Source: Syncephalis fuscata S228
Taxonomy: Eukaryota > Fungi > Zoopagomycota
Direction of reading: 5' to 3'
DNA: 64,000 nt
NCBI GenBank assembly: GCA_025786725.1
Contig: JAHLTZ010000025.1
Coordinates: 248,001 to 312,000, forward strand
Position numbers and translations under genes: made by a program
Notes under the pieces: generated by a model
The model's input: the letters and a program-made list of their open reading frames with translations, nothing else
Databases searched by the model: none
What the model was told of the DNA's origin: nothing
Shown here: piece after piece, positions 1-13,147 of the stretch
Layout: the number at the start of each line of letters is the position of its first letter
Position numbering within the stretch: position 1 is the stretch's first letter

Positions 1-1108
1 AGGCCATAGTGGATGGTACTAAGCCTCGCCGGTCAAATTCGTCAAATTTGTTCCGTGCCGCTACTGCGTTGCCAAACCTGGCATAGCCTCGCATAAGTTC
101 GCATAGTGTTACCACAGTCGGGCGTACATCATTGACGAGCATACGAGCAAAGGTGCGCTCGGCTTCGGCCATATCGCTACTATTGACATGGGCGTGGATC
201 AATTCGGTATAGATATAGGCATTGACCTGGACACCTTCGACACGCATTTGATAATAAATGGCCAGTGCATCGGTTATGCGTTGAGCCTTTACGTAAGTGT
301 GGATCAATGCTGCATAGATTACGCCATTAGGTTGACGGTTAAGACGCCGCATTTCTTTAACCACCTTCTCGGCACCTTCTATATCATCACGTCGCATATA
401 AACGGTAATTAAATTACCAAATGTACGTTTCCCCGGTGCCACATCATCTTTAAGCATTTGTTGGTACATCGTCCAAGCATTTTGTCGATCTGCCGGGTAA
501 ACAGAGCCATAAGCTTGCAACAGCAGATTATAAGCAAGTTGCGTCGGTGGACGTGGCTTATGGCGGTGTCGATGTTGACGAAATAACTTTTCCATGCGAC
601 GTAGGCTTTGCCATGGCAATGTACGTCGACGACCTGTATTCCACGAGTAAATGCCGCTTAAATGAGCGCGTAACATCAGCTCTAAGGTAAGATCATCCGG
701 CTTAACATTCTCGTTCTGTAATTGTCGATACACCTTTTCCGCTTCTTTGACGTCGTAGTTATGTGTTGCATTAAGAATATCAGTATGAAAGGGCTCTAGT
801 TCTGGTATTGATTGCGGTAATGGATCAGATCTTTGATACTTCCAGACCGTATCTGGCTGTTTCGCTAATGGACCGGCTACATGGCAGCATCTAGCTTGAT
901 CAACGGTCGGTGCAGAACAGTTTGACACCAGATCATTCCTGGTCTTGGTCGAGAAAGTAGACAAACTAGTGGATAGATAACAAACGCGACTATTTGCGTA
1001 TTTTAAAGATACAAAATAACTATATGCTTGGTGAAGTGAAGTAGGAAACGATTGATACTGAATGCTTGTATTAAAACGCGATGAAAACAGTATGTACCGC
1101 CGCAACAT
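1..1108 (-). CDS. Pentatricopeptide repeat (PPR) protein, probably mitochondrial; 3' end lies outside the window
   Basis: Open frame from ATG at 1108 (MLRRYILFSSRFNTS..., presequence-like) to the window edge, with tandem ~35-aa PPR motifs (LAYNLLLQAYG; RTFGNLITVYMRRDDIEGAEKVVKEMRR; VIYAALIHTYVKAQRITDALAIYYQMR; VTLCELMRGYARFGN). Confidence 0.9.
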   Translation of the reverse strand, partial: MLRRYILFSSRFNTSIQYQSFPTSLHQAYSYFVSLKYANSRVCYLSTSLSTFSTKTRNDLVSNCSAPTVDQARCCHVAGPLAKQPDTVWKYQRSDPLPQSIPELEPFHTDILNATHNYDVKEAEKVYRQLQNENVKPDDLTLELMLRAHLSGIYSWNTGRRRTLPWQSLRRMEKLFRQHRHRHKPRPPTQLAYNLLLQAYGSVYPADRQNAWTMYQQMLKDDVAPGKRTFGNLITVYMRRDDIEGAEKVVKEMRRLNRQPNGVIYAALIHTYVKAQRITDALAIYYQMRVEGVQVNAYIYTELIHAHVNSSDMAEAERTFARMLVNDVRPTVVTLCELMRGYARFGNAVAARNKFDEFDRRGLVPSTMA

Positions 1109-2811
1109 GGCTAATTGAATTCATAAAAAGATAAGGAAATATGTAATGAATGAATATGTAGAAAAACTTTTATTTAAGTAATAAAATAGTTTGATTTATA
1201 TATAAATAATAATAATAATAATGGCTTGATAAAAGCTTGCCAATGTAAATAGTTTTAATAAAATTAGATTTGTAAAATATGTAAAACTGAAAACAATAGA
1301 TGACATGATGATCATTGGATTAAGCGTAACGCGTATACTGTAATCTAGTACCAAACTTGCAATACGATATTGAGTTGCAGTGTGATGGCAGTCAAAATAC
1401 ATTATTATACATATACTAGCAAAAAGTAATATGATAGTATTGTAATATATAGTAGCTAATAAATAAATCTTATTGTTTAGCTGCAAGCTATAATTCAAAT
1501 ATTTTTGTATTAATAATATAAATCAATCAATAAATAAAGTGCTATTAAAGAAATAGAATGTAGAGTAGGGTATAATGATTATGTGAATTATTCATGATTT
1601 ATTTTGTTAGAATGTATTAAACTTAATTTCTTTAAAAAAGTTTTTATTGTTTAATCAAAGTATAGTGGTATGAATAGAGCAGCAATATCAATGTCTTGAC
1701 TTTAAAACTATACGACATAAGAGCTATAAGAGTAGTAGCTAAACAAATGTAGATAGTTGGAGACAAAAAGTTAAAGCTTATTATTTAGTAGTTTAGTTAG
1801 GCAAAACAACAATTTGATGCTAATTTTAGTGCATTAGCAAGCAATTGAATAAAATGATAATCTATTCAATAATTGAGTGTACAAGAGGCTTTTTGAAATG
1901 ACACTATAAATATACGGTGTTTTGCATAATGCTATCCGTGTTTGTTGACAAAATGATTTATTGAATAAAATACAGTAATATTTGCTTAATGAATTGAAAT
2001 GGCGCGGTTTACATATAAGCCAATAGGATCTATTGCAAACCATCCTGTAATAATCCATCGCAAACGCCGGTGCTAGTCATAATACTAGACTAAGAAAAAC
2101 AGTGCAAAACAAGAAGGCCAGTACAATGCTGTACAAACAACGGTGCTTAAAAGTGAGTATTGATGGGTATAATTATTCAGAAGAAAAGCAATACAAAGAC
2201 ATAGTGTAGAAAGTGTTTGTACTTGACTAGTAGTCAGTCAATATATCAATATGTCGGTGCATCATAAAACAGATTAAGAATAAAAGTTATTTGACATAAA
2301 AATTACTCATTATCATAGAATATTTCATCAGTATGTGCCTTAACAGCTTCTACTACTGTGTGGGTAATTGATACAAACAAAAAATAAAACAATAAGCAGT
2401 AAGCAATCAACTATTAAATACATATATACTTATTAGAAAGTAAGAAATAAGTGTTTTTGTTGGATTGAATAAAAAACAAGTGTAGCATCAGGACTGTGTC
2501 TTTATTGCACTATTGCTGTCATTTCTACTACTACTATTACTGTTAATATTGGCGTATTGTATTTGCACGGCAAGTGTGATAAATGGATTTAAAATGGAAG
2601 AAAAAGATTAAAAATGCAACGATTAAATTCCACATGTCTTCTTTTCCTCTTTTACGACATTTTTGCTTTTTAAAGCACCCATAGTTGTTGGTGTTTACTT
2701 ACCGCCTCGTTATATCACTGGTTTACGCGTATCTGGACTTAAACAGCAGCATTCAGCGCTTTTCTTTTCACAAAGCGCTATAAATAACACTAATCCCGTA
2801 CAACATTGGAT

Positions 2812-3165
2812 ATGTCTAGCAATGATGCTTCGTCAGCACCAAATACATCCAATACGGAAGAACTGCTAGGACTACCTTCCGCTTCGGCTAGCAATGAATC
2901 TATCAATACTACAGCCCGCCTTGAAGCACTAGGTCCTGTTGGTAAGTATAATATGTGGAACAGTATAGTAAAGCATTATTAATGCACTCATATCATAGTT
3001 GTTAATGAAGATGGAAGTATCAGTCGCATTAATAACTGGAAAGAAATGACAGAGAATGAAAGAAAGATTCTGGAACGAGTTCTACTTAAAAGGAATGCTC
3101 AGCGATTGGCACTACTGCGTGGTCAAGATACCAACAACACAGAAAACAATAAAGATAATCAATAA
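2812..3165 (+). CDS. Small conserved fungal hypothetical protein (2 exons; intron 2942..2998)
   Basis: Spliced frame gives ...LEALGPVVVNEDGSISRINNWKEMTENERKILERVLLKRNAQRLALL, resembling a small uncharacterised fungal family (LGPxVVNxDGxxSRIxNW); GT-AG intron. Confidence 0.75.
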
Positions 3166-3678
3166 ACAGAATCACACCATTTGTTTTACTCAGTTTACAC
3201 TTAATAAATAACCCCTTTTCCCAAAAATACCATTAATGCTAAGCATGTCAGCTATCATCATGAATATGGTCAGTATCAGTAGTAATATTATATTGCTTAG
3301 CTATCTATATTTCTCCTGTGGAATAAATATCACGCATATGCTTTTGCGTATTAGTTGTCATAGGTTCCATCGCTTTCCTCGGCCCCTTTTTCTATTAGCC
3401 AACCTGTGCACTGCTTGTGTTGATATGTCTCATCTTTGTGTCAGCTGCTTGAATAAACAGAGTCTGTGGCCTGCATGGGCCAAGTGAGCACATTGTTGAT
3501 GCAGCCACTTAAACAAAACATGCGCGTGTTAGTCAGTTAAATACTTAGGGAGATGCTATTATGTTAAACAAATAAGCCTCTCCTTTTTACTGCTAATTCT
3601 TGGTTACTTAAGCTATCAGCGTGTATACTCGACTATCGTTGCTACAACAGTTATAGCTGTTCTTTATTACTATACACC

Positions 3679-4469
3679 ATGCCAAAGGACAAAAAAAGTA
3701 AGTAGCATGTATTTATGCTGTTTATTACTGACTACCAAGGCTATGTACGACCATCATTAGCAGGTGAGCGTCGTCTCTCGCCATATAATAAATTTATGAA
3801 GACGGAGCTGGCACGAGTCAAATCAGAGCATCCAGATATGAACCATCGTGATGCGTTTAAGCAGGCTGCCCATAATGTAAGCATGACAGCGATATCAGCT
3901 GATGTGATATTGATTCTAGGCTTATTGCTTAAATGTTAGTGGAAGAATTCACCGGATAATCCCAAGAACGGATCGAGTGATAGGCGCCGATCAATAGACC
4001 GGTCGTCACCCAATGCGGAACCTCCTCGGGCTGCCGTCGCTACTGATAATACGTCTACCGAAATCCATATGAGCACCAGCAACATCAGTCCTATACTCGT
4101 GCAGAAAAAGATCATAGTGAACAGGAGCCTATGTCGCAAAGATCGCACGAGACCATCGATACCTACTCGTCGTTGGCTCAGAATAAAGAAATATCCACGG
4201 CAGCAACAATGTCTACACATTCCGCACAGCGTATGTATGGCAGCCTTGGCCAGTCAAATTTATTGAGTAATAGTGGTGGCGGTGGTGGTACTGCTACTAC
4301 GACGGACATGATGAATAGCAGTGCTAGAAGTGACAGTGAAGACCACGAGCACAGCCACGAACCACCAATGCAATCATCCATGTCAACATCGGCACAGCAC
4401 CAAGCTCTTATGGCCTCCAAAATACACGTCCCTGGGGCTTTTAAATCGGTTTATCTAAATAAAAGTTAA
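3679..4469 (+). CDS. YABBY/HMG-box-like DNA-binding protein (3 exons; C-terminal frame ambiguous)
   Basis: Spliced sequence SPYNKFMKTELARVKSEHPDMNHRDAFKQAAHNWKNSPDNPK fits a YABBY-type helix-loop-helix. As written the frame stops at 4266; one extra A near 4061-4063 continues it to 4469. Confidence 0.8.
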
Positions 4470-5098
4470 ACGGCTTTGATGTTCTTTTATGAGCATTATA
4501 GTTATAGCGTCATATGGTATAGTGTATGTTTAGATTACATTATATATCCATTATAGATAGAGAAATAGCCATAAAAAATATTGAGGCAAATATGCAATCT
4601 ACATTGAACTAAACATCCGGCAATAATCATATCATAGTATATCATCAACTAATAGTAGAAGCAAATCAAAAGTTGCTCATAAACTAAGTATTATTTTGGA
4701 TAAAACCTTTTACTCGATACGCTATTAAGTTGATTATTTTAGGAAAGATTTGCATGCTGAATAAGTGAAGAAACAATATTTTTAATACCGTCTAATGATT
4801 ATTGCAGCAATTTATATAGCAACCAATTACATTAATAGTTTTATAGACTAATAGCAACAATTGTTTTATGATGCTATTGGCTATAGACTAGTAAAATTGT
4901 AACTATTAGTGTAGATGTAATAACACATAATCGATATGGTAGACTTGTATTTAGAAAACTATGTATTTATTGTAGATTTGGTTATAGGTGCTGTACAAAT
5001 AAATGTCAAATGTTTGGAATGTGGATTTCCAATTATCAGCACCAGTCTACGTTCTATATTGGTCGTTTATATTGTTACGCCATAGTATTTCAATTTAT

Positions 5099-6513
5099 TT
5101 ATTTGATCGATAAATTCTTGAACCATCCTGTAACTCCCAAAGATACTTTTACCCCCTTAGGATACTTTTGCAAATATTCCTCTGGTGTTGGTCTAAACTT
5201 GGGATCCGGATTTAAAAGAGTTCGTAGCATTTCTACAATTTCCACAGGTGGATATACCGTTTTATCTCCCTTTTCATTAGGGGTCAGCTTGCCTGTTTTT
5301 GCGTCGTATCCTAGCATTTCATCTAAATCGCTTTGCTTCATTGCTTTAAACATTGCAATATTTTTTTGGGCATCTTTAAATCGACGTATATAATTGCTGA
5401 AATTGGTATTGTATGCTGCGTTAAACAATAGCAATCCAATTGACCATGTGTCAGCTTTGCGCAAATCAATCAGAGCCATCGGTTCATATTGAGAATTTAA
5501 TGGATTCTGCACATATGCTTCGGGTGGTAGTTCGCCAAAAACATTAAATATGGTTTGCATTGGTTTTACCACGCCGTTTGACACGTATTCCAATTTTGCT
5601 GCTGCATGATATTGACTAATTTTTGGATATAGCCCATTGGATGGATCAGTCACCATCTGGACAGCTATACAATTGTCAGTAGATAGCTAAAATAAATATA
5701 TAGTATTGGCCTACCATGTAGATCAATTGAGCGATGAGCAATTCCGTTTCGATGCAGATAAGCAGCACCTAATTATATGGTTAACGATGGTAACTATAAT
5801 ATATTAGCAGCACATACCACTAATAACTTGTCTGATTGTGTTGTATATTGCTTGATATCCGGGTTCACTCATCAAAAATGTACCCATTGATTGTTTTGGT
5901 AAACGTTCGTCGCCGAAACAGGAATATTTCTTTCCTACTACTACTTTATGATCCAATTTAGCGACAAATTGTTGACCATCACTATTGCGATTTGGTGAGT
6001 TTTTCAAAGTCTATCAATCAATGTAAGCGAATATTAAGTAAACAATAAATTGTATTACCTCGCTGACCAAGTTCATACGTTTAATGTCTTCATTAAATGA
6101 AGTGCATTCAGTACTAATAATATTATTACCGTATTTGAAATATGTATCAGCTATATTCTGGCCGGCTACCTCGCTAACCGTAAACCACTGATACTTTGGA
6201 TTATCGATATTTTCATGGCCTGCTTCGAGGAGTGCTTGTAAGTTTCTTTTTAAGCGCTCAGCATTGTCGACAAGGTGCTTTTCTACATAAAATGGTAGGT
6301 TAGAGTAAAATATTTAAGTATAAAATCGCCATTGCTATAGTACTTACGAAAAGGCGACAATGCTCGCAATTGATCAGGGGTTAAAGAAGTTTCCTCTTTT
6401 AATAGTTTTTGCACCTGCACATCGGTTAAAGCATTACTGTTCTCTCCTACTGGTGATCCATGCACTGCAACAGCCAAGAGGCAAAGAGCGATAATCACTT
6501 TAGAGGTACACAT
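5099..6513 (-). CDS. Secreted protein-kinase-like protein (probable pseudokinase), multi-exon
   Basis: Signal peptide MCTSKVIIALCLLAVAVHG; kinase C-lobe motifs AYLHRNGIAHRSIDL, PPEAY, DTWSIGLLLF, LLNPDPKFRPT; GT-AG introns join the ORF-track fragments. Confidence 0.8.
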
Positions 6514-8415
6514 AAGTCTATTGTCTAGGCAAGATATCGTCAAAAGGTGAATTTGTAGAAATTGAATGATTTAAGAAGGGTGGTAGAGAAGAATAGCAAG
6601 TAAACATTATTATCAAGTGGCGAGTTTTATAGCTGTGTGTTTAAACTCAGTTGTACCAATGTTGCATGTAGAATACCATATACGTCAAGGGGTATTGTTT
6701 CAGATCCTTTTTGGGATTACAAACATACTTTTACTAATTAGGCAAGCAAATGTTTATATTTGTAGATACATTGCCATATTAGCACATGGCATAGAAATTT
6801 GCCGTTTGACTGCCAATGTAAAGCCCAATTGTGGCAGAGATAAGTTTCAGAGCCACGTTAAATATACTTACTGGGTTTATTGATAGCAATACGGGTAATA
6901 TTGCCATTAAAGCGGTCTTTTTATTTTTTACAATTCCTAACAGCTTCATGCTGTTCTATTTTTATTCTACAGACAGCCAATAAACATAAATCGCTGTAAA
7001 TAGCTATGCTTAAATAGTGAAATATTCAGTTATTTATGTAGTCTGCAATCCAGAGTCAATTAAATGTTAAAACAAGCTACATATAGTCACTTGTATCTAA
7101 TAATCAATATCCAAATCTATATTTATTATTGTAATTAAGACGCAGTTATTTTACATTTGCTTAAGATTAATCATATGTTTATTTTGCACTTGGATGTAAT
7201 CAAGCAATATGCACCGCCTAAGCTAAATAGTCCGACTCGTACCATTTAGATCTATCGAATAGATGAAACAATCATCGTGTGTATTATCGGAAACTGTCTT
7301 TCCATTTATGTCTTGCCAATTGTTTTGGCAGTTATTTTTAATAGTTTAGTTAGTTAATTCGTTTCCAGCCAATTTAATGTCCAATGTTATCCCAATGTAA
7401 ATCATTGCTTGGCTATACAAGCAGTATGCATGCGTAGTGAATAACATGTTTATGTCTATTACAAATCTACTCAGCACAGCAGGAGCCACGCCTTTTGACT
7501 GAAACACACCACACAGTGTATCATGCACCCATTCTATCCTATAGGCTGGTGTAATAATGTTATAATGCAATGCTTACTTTGGCATTGCTATTTTTCTTAT
7601 TTTTTGCGGTAATCTAATAGACGTGTGCTTGCTCAAATAGATACCAGCTATTTTACCGGTAAAACTTTATTAGCTTCTTTTTTCGTATATGCATGCCATT
7701 TATCGTATAAGTGATTATTTTCATTGGTTCTTATTGCATGACACTTGCCACGTTCCTCATCATTGGCCATTCATCTTGAGACAAGAATATAGCAACTCAA
7801 CTTTGATGCTTCCCAATGTCACAATGGGCAGTAGCTGATTACATAGACATAGATTAACAATTAGACGAAATGTTCTCTATTGTTGTTTAAACGACTGTTT
7901 TACCGATATTTGTCTGCTACAAGTGATTAACAATCACAAAACTGAGAACATTAAATACAACAGCTTAATTATTTGTACAATCTCATTTATCATTTATTAA
8001 TTGTTTATTGTATGAAATGCAGTCTTTCATATTAAAATTGTGATACTTATATACACTTTATATATAAATATGAATATCCAGTATCATTCTTCGAGCATTA
8101 CTTTCTAGTTCTAATTTAATAGCTTTATTATTGACTATACCACAAACAGTCAATTTGATAACAATTCACCAACCAGTCCACATTACATAACATAATTTAA
8201 TACCATTATACTGTGACATAATGGCTATAGGAAATATGGCTCGATGAGTCATGGTTTATTTTTGTTTGATTGCGAAAAAAACGCGTTTATTTGCTCAGTT
8301 CACTTTTACTTTGCTTTTAGCTCTTTCTTTAACAATTACTATAGGTTGACTACACAAGGCATTGCTATTAACCAACGCGACTGTATACAACTGCTCCACG
8401 CTCTACACAAACAGC

Positions 8416-9436
8416 ATGGTACGTAGTATGATCGACCTACTTGAACCAGTTACTGATGACCTTGTCAGTCTAAAAAACGCGGTGTCTCTGCTGAGGAAAA
8501 ACGGCAACGCATGCAGGACTATTTCCACGAAACAGTATGTTTATATTAATACAGTACTATGGTGGATAACAGTAATAAGAAAACGTTCTTTTACAAATAA
8601 CTATAGAGTGACGTTCTTCAATTGAAAGAATTGGAAAAGATTCTGCCTAAAGCAAAAGGCATAGGTATATTATCGCAACATAATGATAGCGTATTTATTT
8701 AACTAATGTATATGGACATTGATAGTCGCCCAGTCGGTTAAAGATGTTTTACAGGAACTTGTTAATGATAGTCTAGTCCACTGTGAAAAGATTGGCACTT
8801 CTAATTACTACTGGTCATTTCCAAGTGAGGGATTCCGCGCTGTAAGTACAAACAATAAACACATCAATGTTACTGACCACATTACTATGTAGAGAGAGCA
8901 AAAGTTAAATGACTTGAAAACAGAACAGGCACGCCTATCTGAAAAAAAGCTTGAGCTGGATGCAGCCATTAATGAAGCCAACCAACATCGTGTATCTTCG
9001 GTAACGTATCCAACTATTGTGCTATAGTAAACTATAACCTGGTAATAACTTAGGATCACCGAGATCAACTATTAGCCTCGCTGGCTGAAGCTGAAGTACA
9101 GAACAAAGCGTATCTAGAAGAACTGCAGCAATTTAAAGATAATGATCCAGAGATTATTGCAACTAAGCGTAAGGTTTATTATAACTACTAGTTGCGTACC
9201 CATTCTTATGTTTATACCACACTCTATTTGTTACTAGGTCAAGCAGCTGATATATCAAAACAAGCAGCTAATCGATGGACCGGTAAGTTGCTACAAGGAC
9301 TAGTATAGCATTTGACTGACCCATGACAGACAACATATTTGCTCTTCAGTCCTATTGTTCACGTAAATTCAACATCGAGCAACGTGATCTCCGAAAGCAC
9401 TTTAATATTCCAGATGATTTTGACAATGTGTCCTAG
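8416..9436 (+). CDS. MND1: Meiotic nuclear division protein 1
   Basis: Spliced MSKKRGVSAEEKRQRM..., LKELEKILPKAKGI, QSVKDVLQELVNDSLVHCEKIGTSNYYWSFPS, AANRWTDNIFALQSYC, FNIPDDFD are hallmark Mnd1 motifs. Confidence 0.95.
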
Positions 9437-10414
9437 ACAGCATGATGCTATTTCCACGATAAAACGTGTACACTATAGAATAGCAATTTATTGACATGTG
9501 TCTATTCAGTTTATGATGTGTTTAATGATAGAACAAATGACATTTCTACTTGTTATATGATGTGTATACATTTATACCTTTATTGATCCTTTCCTTTCCT
9601 GAGCAAGTCTTCAATACCATACAGTGAAATCTACTACTGTTGCTATTGTATATGCTATTGCCAGCACGATCTATCGTAGTGATCTATAGCAAATCAAAGC
9701 ATATAGTATCTTTGGCAGCATATAATCGCTACATTTGTCGTACTGGCCGCTGTGCATATACAATAGTGCGATCTGCAATGATCCATAGCATAAACAAGCC
9801 AGGAATGCACTTACCATGTCAATAAAAGGGCCAAAAGCAATGGTCGAACTAATAACGATGGTTTGTAAAAAGAGGTTAGATTACAAAATAGCAATGCAAA
9901 TACATAGTGTAAAAGGTGTTTATACTTGACCAGTAGCTAGTCAACTACTGACACTATCTATGTAACATATATGGAGTGTACAAGTATATGCAATGGATAT
10001 ATGCTGTCAAGTGTGAAGAAAGAGAAAGGGAAATGTGGTGACGTAGATTGTATGATGTTAAAATATTAATGTCAATTAACACCAAAAGCTACTCATTATT
10101 ATAGAACGAGTTTATCAGTATTAATCAGTATATTAAAATAATTAAATTAATGCAATAAAGTTATTTGATCTCCAAAACTATTCATTATTATAGAACAATT
10201 AAAAGTGAAGCAATAGATGCAAACTAAACATTTTAAAAAGCTATTTATATATGCTGTCTATAAAATGCGTAGCAATAGATTTAACAAATCTCTGTTTTCT
10301 CCTTGAATTCCTTTTAATAATTTTATTCACCTTCTTTACTATTAAAGCATTTTTTCTCTGTGTAACTTTTCTTTTTTTTACGTTTATACGTCATTGCTTC
10401 AATCATTTAACGTA

Positions 10415-12316
10415 ATGTCGCTTAAAGACGGAGGAGGCAGTGGTGGGGGACTTGCACAGGTAGTAGTCTCCATGGTGGATTCCTTTCATGCTTGGGTTCA
10501 TCGTATAGTTAGTATCCCTACCATTGCGCCAGCAACTACCACGGCGACGACAACAACAACGACCGTTGGTATTGCTACAGTAGCGACGACCAAGCTGAAC
10601 AAACGTGGGCTACGGTCTGGCTTTTGGTTTACCGTGATTGGCACGACCACAGTAGTATTAGGCGTGGTAACTTATCTAAGCGTTAAGCGTCGCCGTCAAT
10701 TTCATCGTCGCCGTCGTCAACTACTCGAGCGTCGCCGAGACGAAGAGGCCAGTGCCCTCGAGTCGGGTCATGTACCACCCGAGCACTGGTCGTTATTCGT
10801 TGATGGCCAGTTTGTCAATCCATATCCAGGCTGGCATGACCATACACTATGGGACGTGTTACGATGGTGGTTTGGCCGTCCTACGCAGCATAAACCCAGC
10901 TCGGACAAGGTACACGTATTTATAAAGTAGATTTTTTAATAGTCTATTAAATTACTGCTCTATCTATTTATGATAGGAAGCAGTAGAGAATCTACCAATA
11001 ATGAGGCCCAACTTTGAATTAATGTATCCGAATGGACAGCGCTGCCAAACTCAGTATCCAGTAACGGTAACCTGGTTGGGCCAGTCCACTTGCTTGGTAC
11101 AGTTAGATGGTCTTAATATTCTAACTGATCCAATATTCAGGTAGATCAGCTATAGTATTTGCCATTAAATATCTAATGACTATGGCTGTATACAGTCGAT
11201 GCACGGTAAATCATTATCTAGGCCCACGTAGATTACGACCAACACCATGCCAATTATCTGAATTGAATGTGGATATTGTTTTAGTATCACATAACCATTT
11301 TGATCATTTGGATATTAATGTGGTTAAAGAATTGAATAATACTGTTCAATGGATTGTGCCACTTGGTCTACGTGACTGGTTTGCACGTCGAGGTGTTCAC
11401 CGAGTCATAGAACTTGATTGGTGGCAGGAGCATGCATTTGAAAATCATTTAGGATTTGTAGTAACAGCAACACCTTTACAGGTAAATAATTACTTGATCT
11501 GTTATTGTAGTATACTAATAACATAAAAGCACTGGAGTGGTCGATCTCTATTTGATGTCAATCAATCATTGTGGTGTGGATTTGTCATTAAAGGGCCGTC
11601 ATCATCATTCTTCCACTGGTAATGGTGCTATTGAATATTAATTGCGTACTAATTATTCATCGAATAGTGGTGATACCGGTTACTGTTCAGCATTTAAGGA
11701 AATTGGTCAACGACTCGGCCCCATCACGCTGGCCAGCATTCCTATCGGTAGTTATGCACCACGATGGTATATGGAACACCAACACATTGATCCAGGTAAA
11801 GAGAATTATATAATATCAATACAAAGCGAAGTAATATGTACACCTATCTATTAGATGATGCAGCCAAGATCCATAAAGATATTGGATCACAATTATCTAT
11901 TGGTGTCCATTGGGGCACATTTCTAATGTCAGATGAGGTGCGTTCTAATTCATTGTAATATAGCGACTAACAATAGATATAGCACTATATGGATCCACCC
12001 AAGCGATTGAAAGAAGCAGCCAGTGTCCATCAATTAGGTGACACCTTTATTACACTGCCATTGGGCGAGACACGTTGTATTATGCCAAGTGTGCCATCAA
12101 AAGAAACTAGTCAGGAACAACAGCTATGTCCACCCACTCAACCCGATGGTAAATAGCATATATATATTATGATTCAGTATTAACTAGTTAATTAACCAAT
12201 TAATTCCATTCTATTCTATTCTTTACCACATAGATCACACTTCTGGTTCAACGACACCTGATGCATTATTAGGCGAGAGTTTTCATCATCTTGATTCATG
12301 GACACCATCGGTATAA
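10415..12316 (+). CDS. N-acyl-phosphatidylethanolamine phospholipase D (metallo-beta-lactamase fold, Fmp30/NAPE-PLD family)
   Basis: Motifs [60 protein letters not shown] across exons; N-terminal transmembrane segment. Confidence 0.92.
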
Positions 12317-13147
12317 CCAATGATCACACAGAATTTGTTGTTGACCAGTATTAAAATAAAAAGAATAAAAGTTATTTTATTGCGTAAATAACAACTTCTT
12401 TGTTTCATATCAAGCACAGTATCGATGGGCATTGGCTGTGTATCGATGGTGCCTATCCATACTATGAGGCCTTTTTGCCTTTCATCGTGTAAACAATCAC
12501 CGCCATTTATTAGTCATCTTAGGTTGCATGTCTGGGGTAATGCATTGAAGTGCATGCGTGACGATAGCACAGCAGGGGTGTAATAAAGAAAGTAAGGCCT
12601 ACTATTGAAGTAGATGATCATATGATCTATCAGTGGCATTGTCAGATGGTGAATAGATAATGGCCATTAATAGCGTGCATTCTATATATTGTTAACAGAA
12701 ATGTGTAATAAACGTATGGTTTCAACCCATTCAGATAAAGTCAGCCATTTGATAGTAACACGTTGGTTGATTCAGCCACTGTAGATAATGACTACAAATG
12801 CGTGTTACCTATAGAATACGATACTATACAATGACTGTTCTATAGATAGTACACCCATTTAGCTTGTCGCCTTATACACATAGAAGGACACATACCTATA
12901 GACCATGCACTTGAACGCACGCACAGGTACACACACACCTGCACATTGTCTTCGCCTATATTGTCAAGGCGATATCCCTGACGAGTATTGCTCACACCTT
13001 GAACTACGTTTCTGTTCTTTGGTTACTTTTAATCTAATAGCATTCTATACAGCTTCTTTACAATTATTATTATTACGCTACTATTACTATTGCACTATTG
13101 TTACACTATTGTTACTATTACACTTATTGGTACTGGTATTTACACTC

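Noticed and set aside
1196-2700. ORFs 1196..1498 and 1834..2058 and a possible ncRNA
   Set aside because: AT-rich, no recognisable protein or RNA-gene signature.
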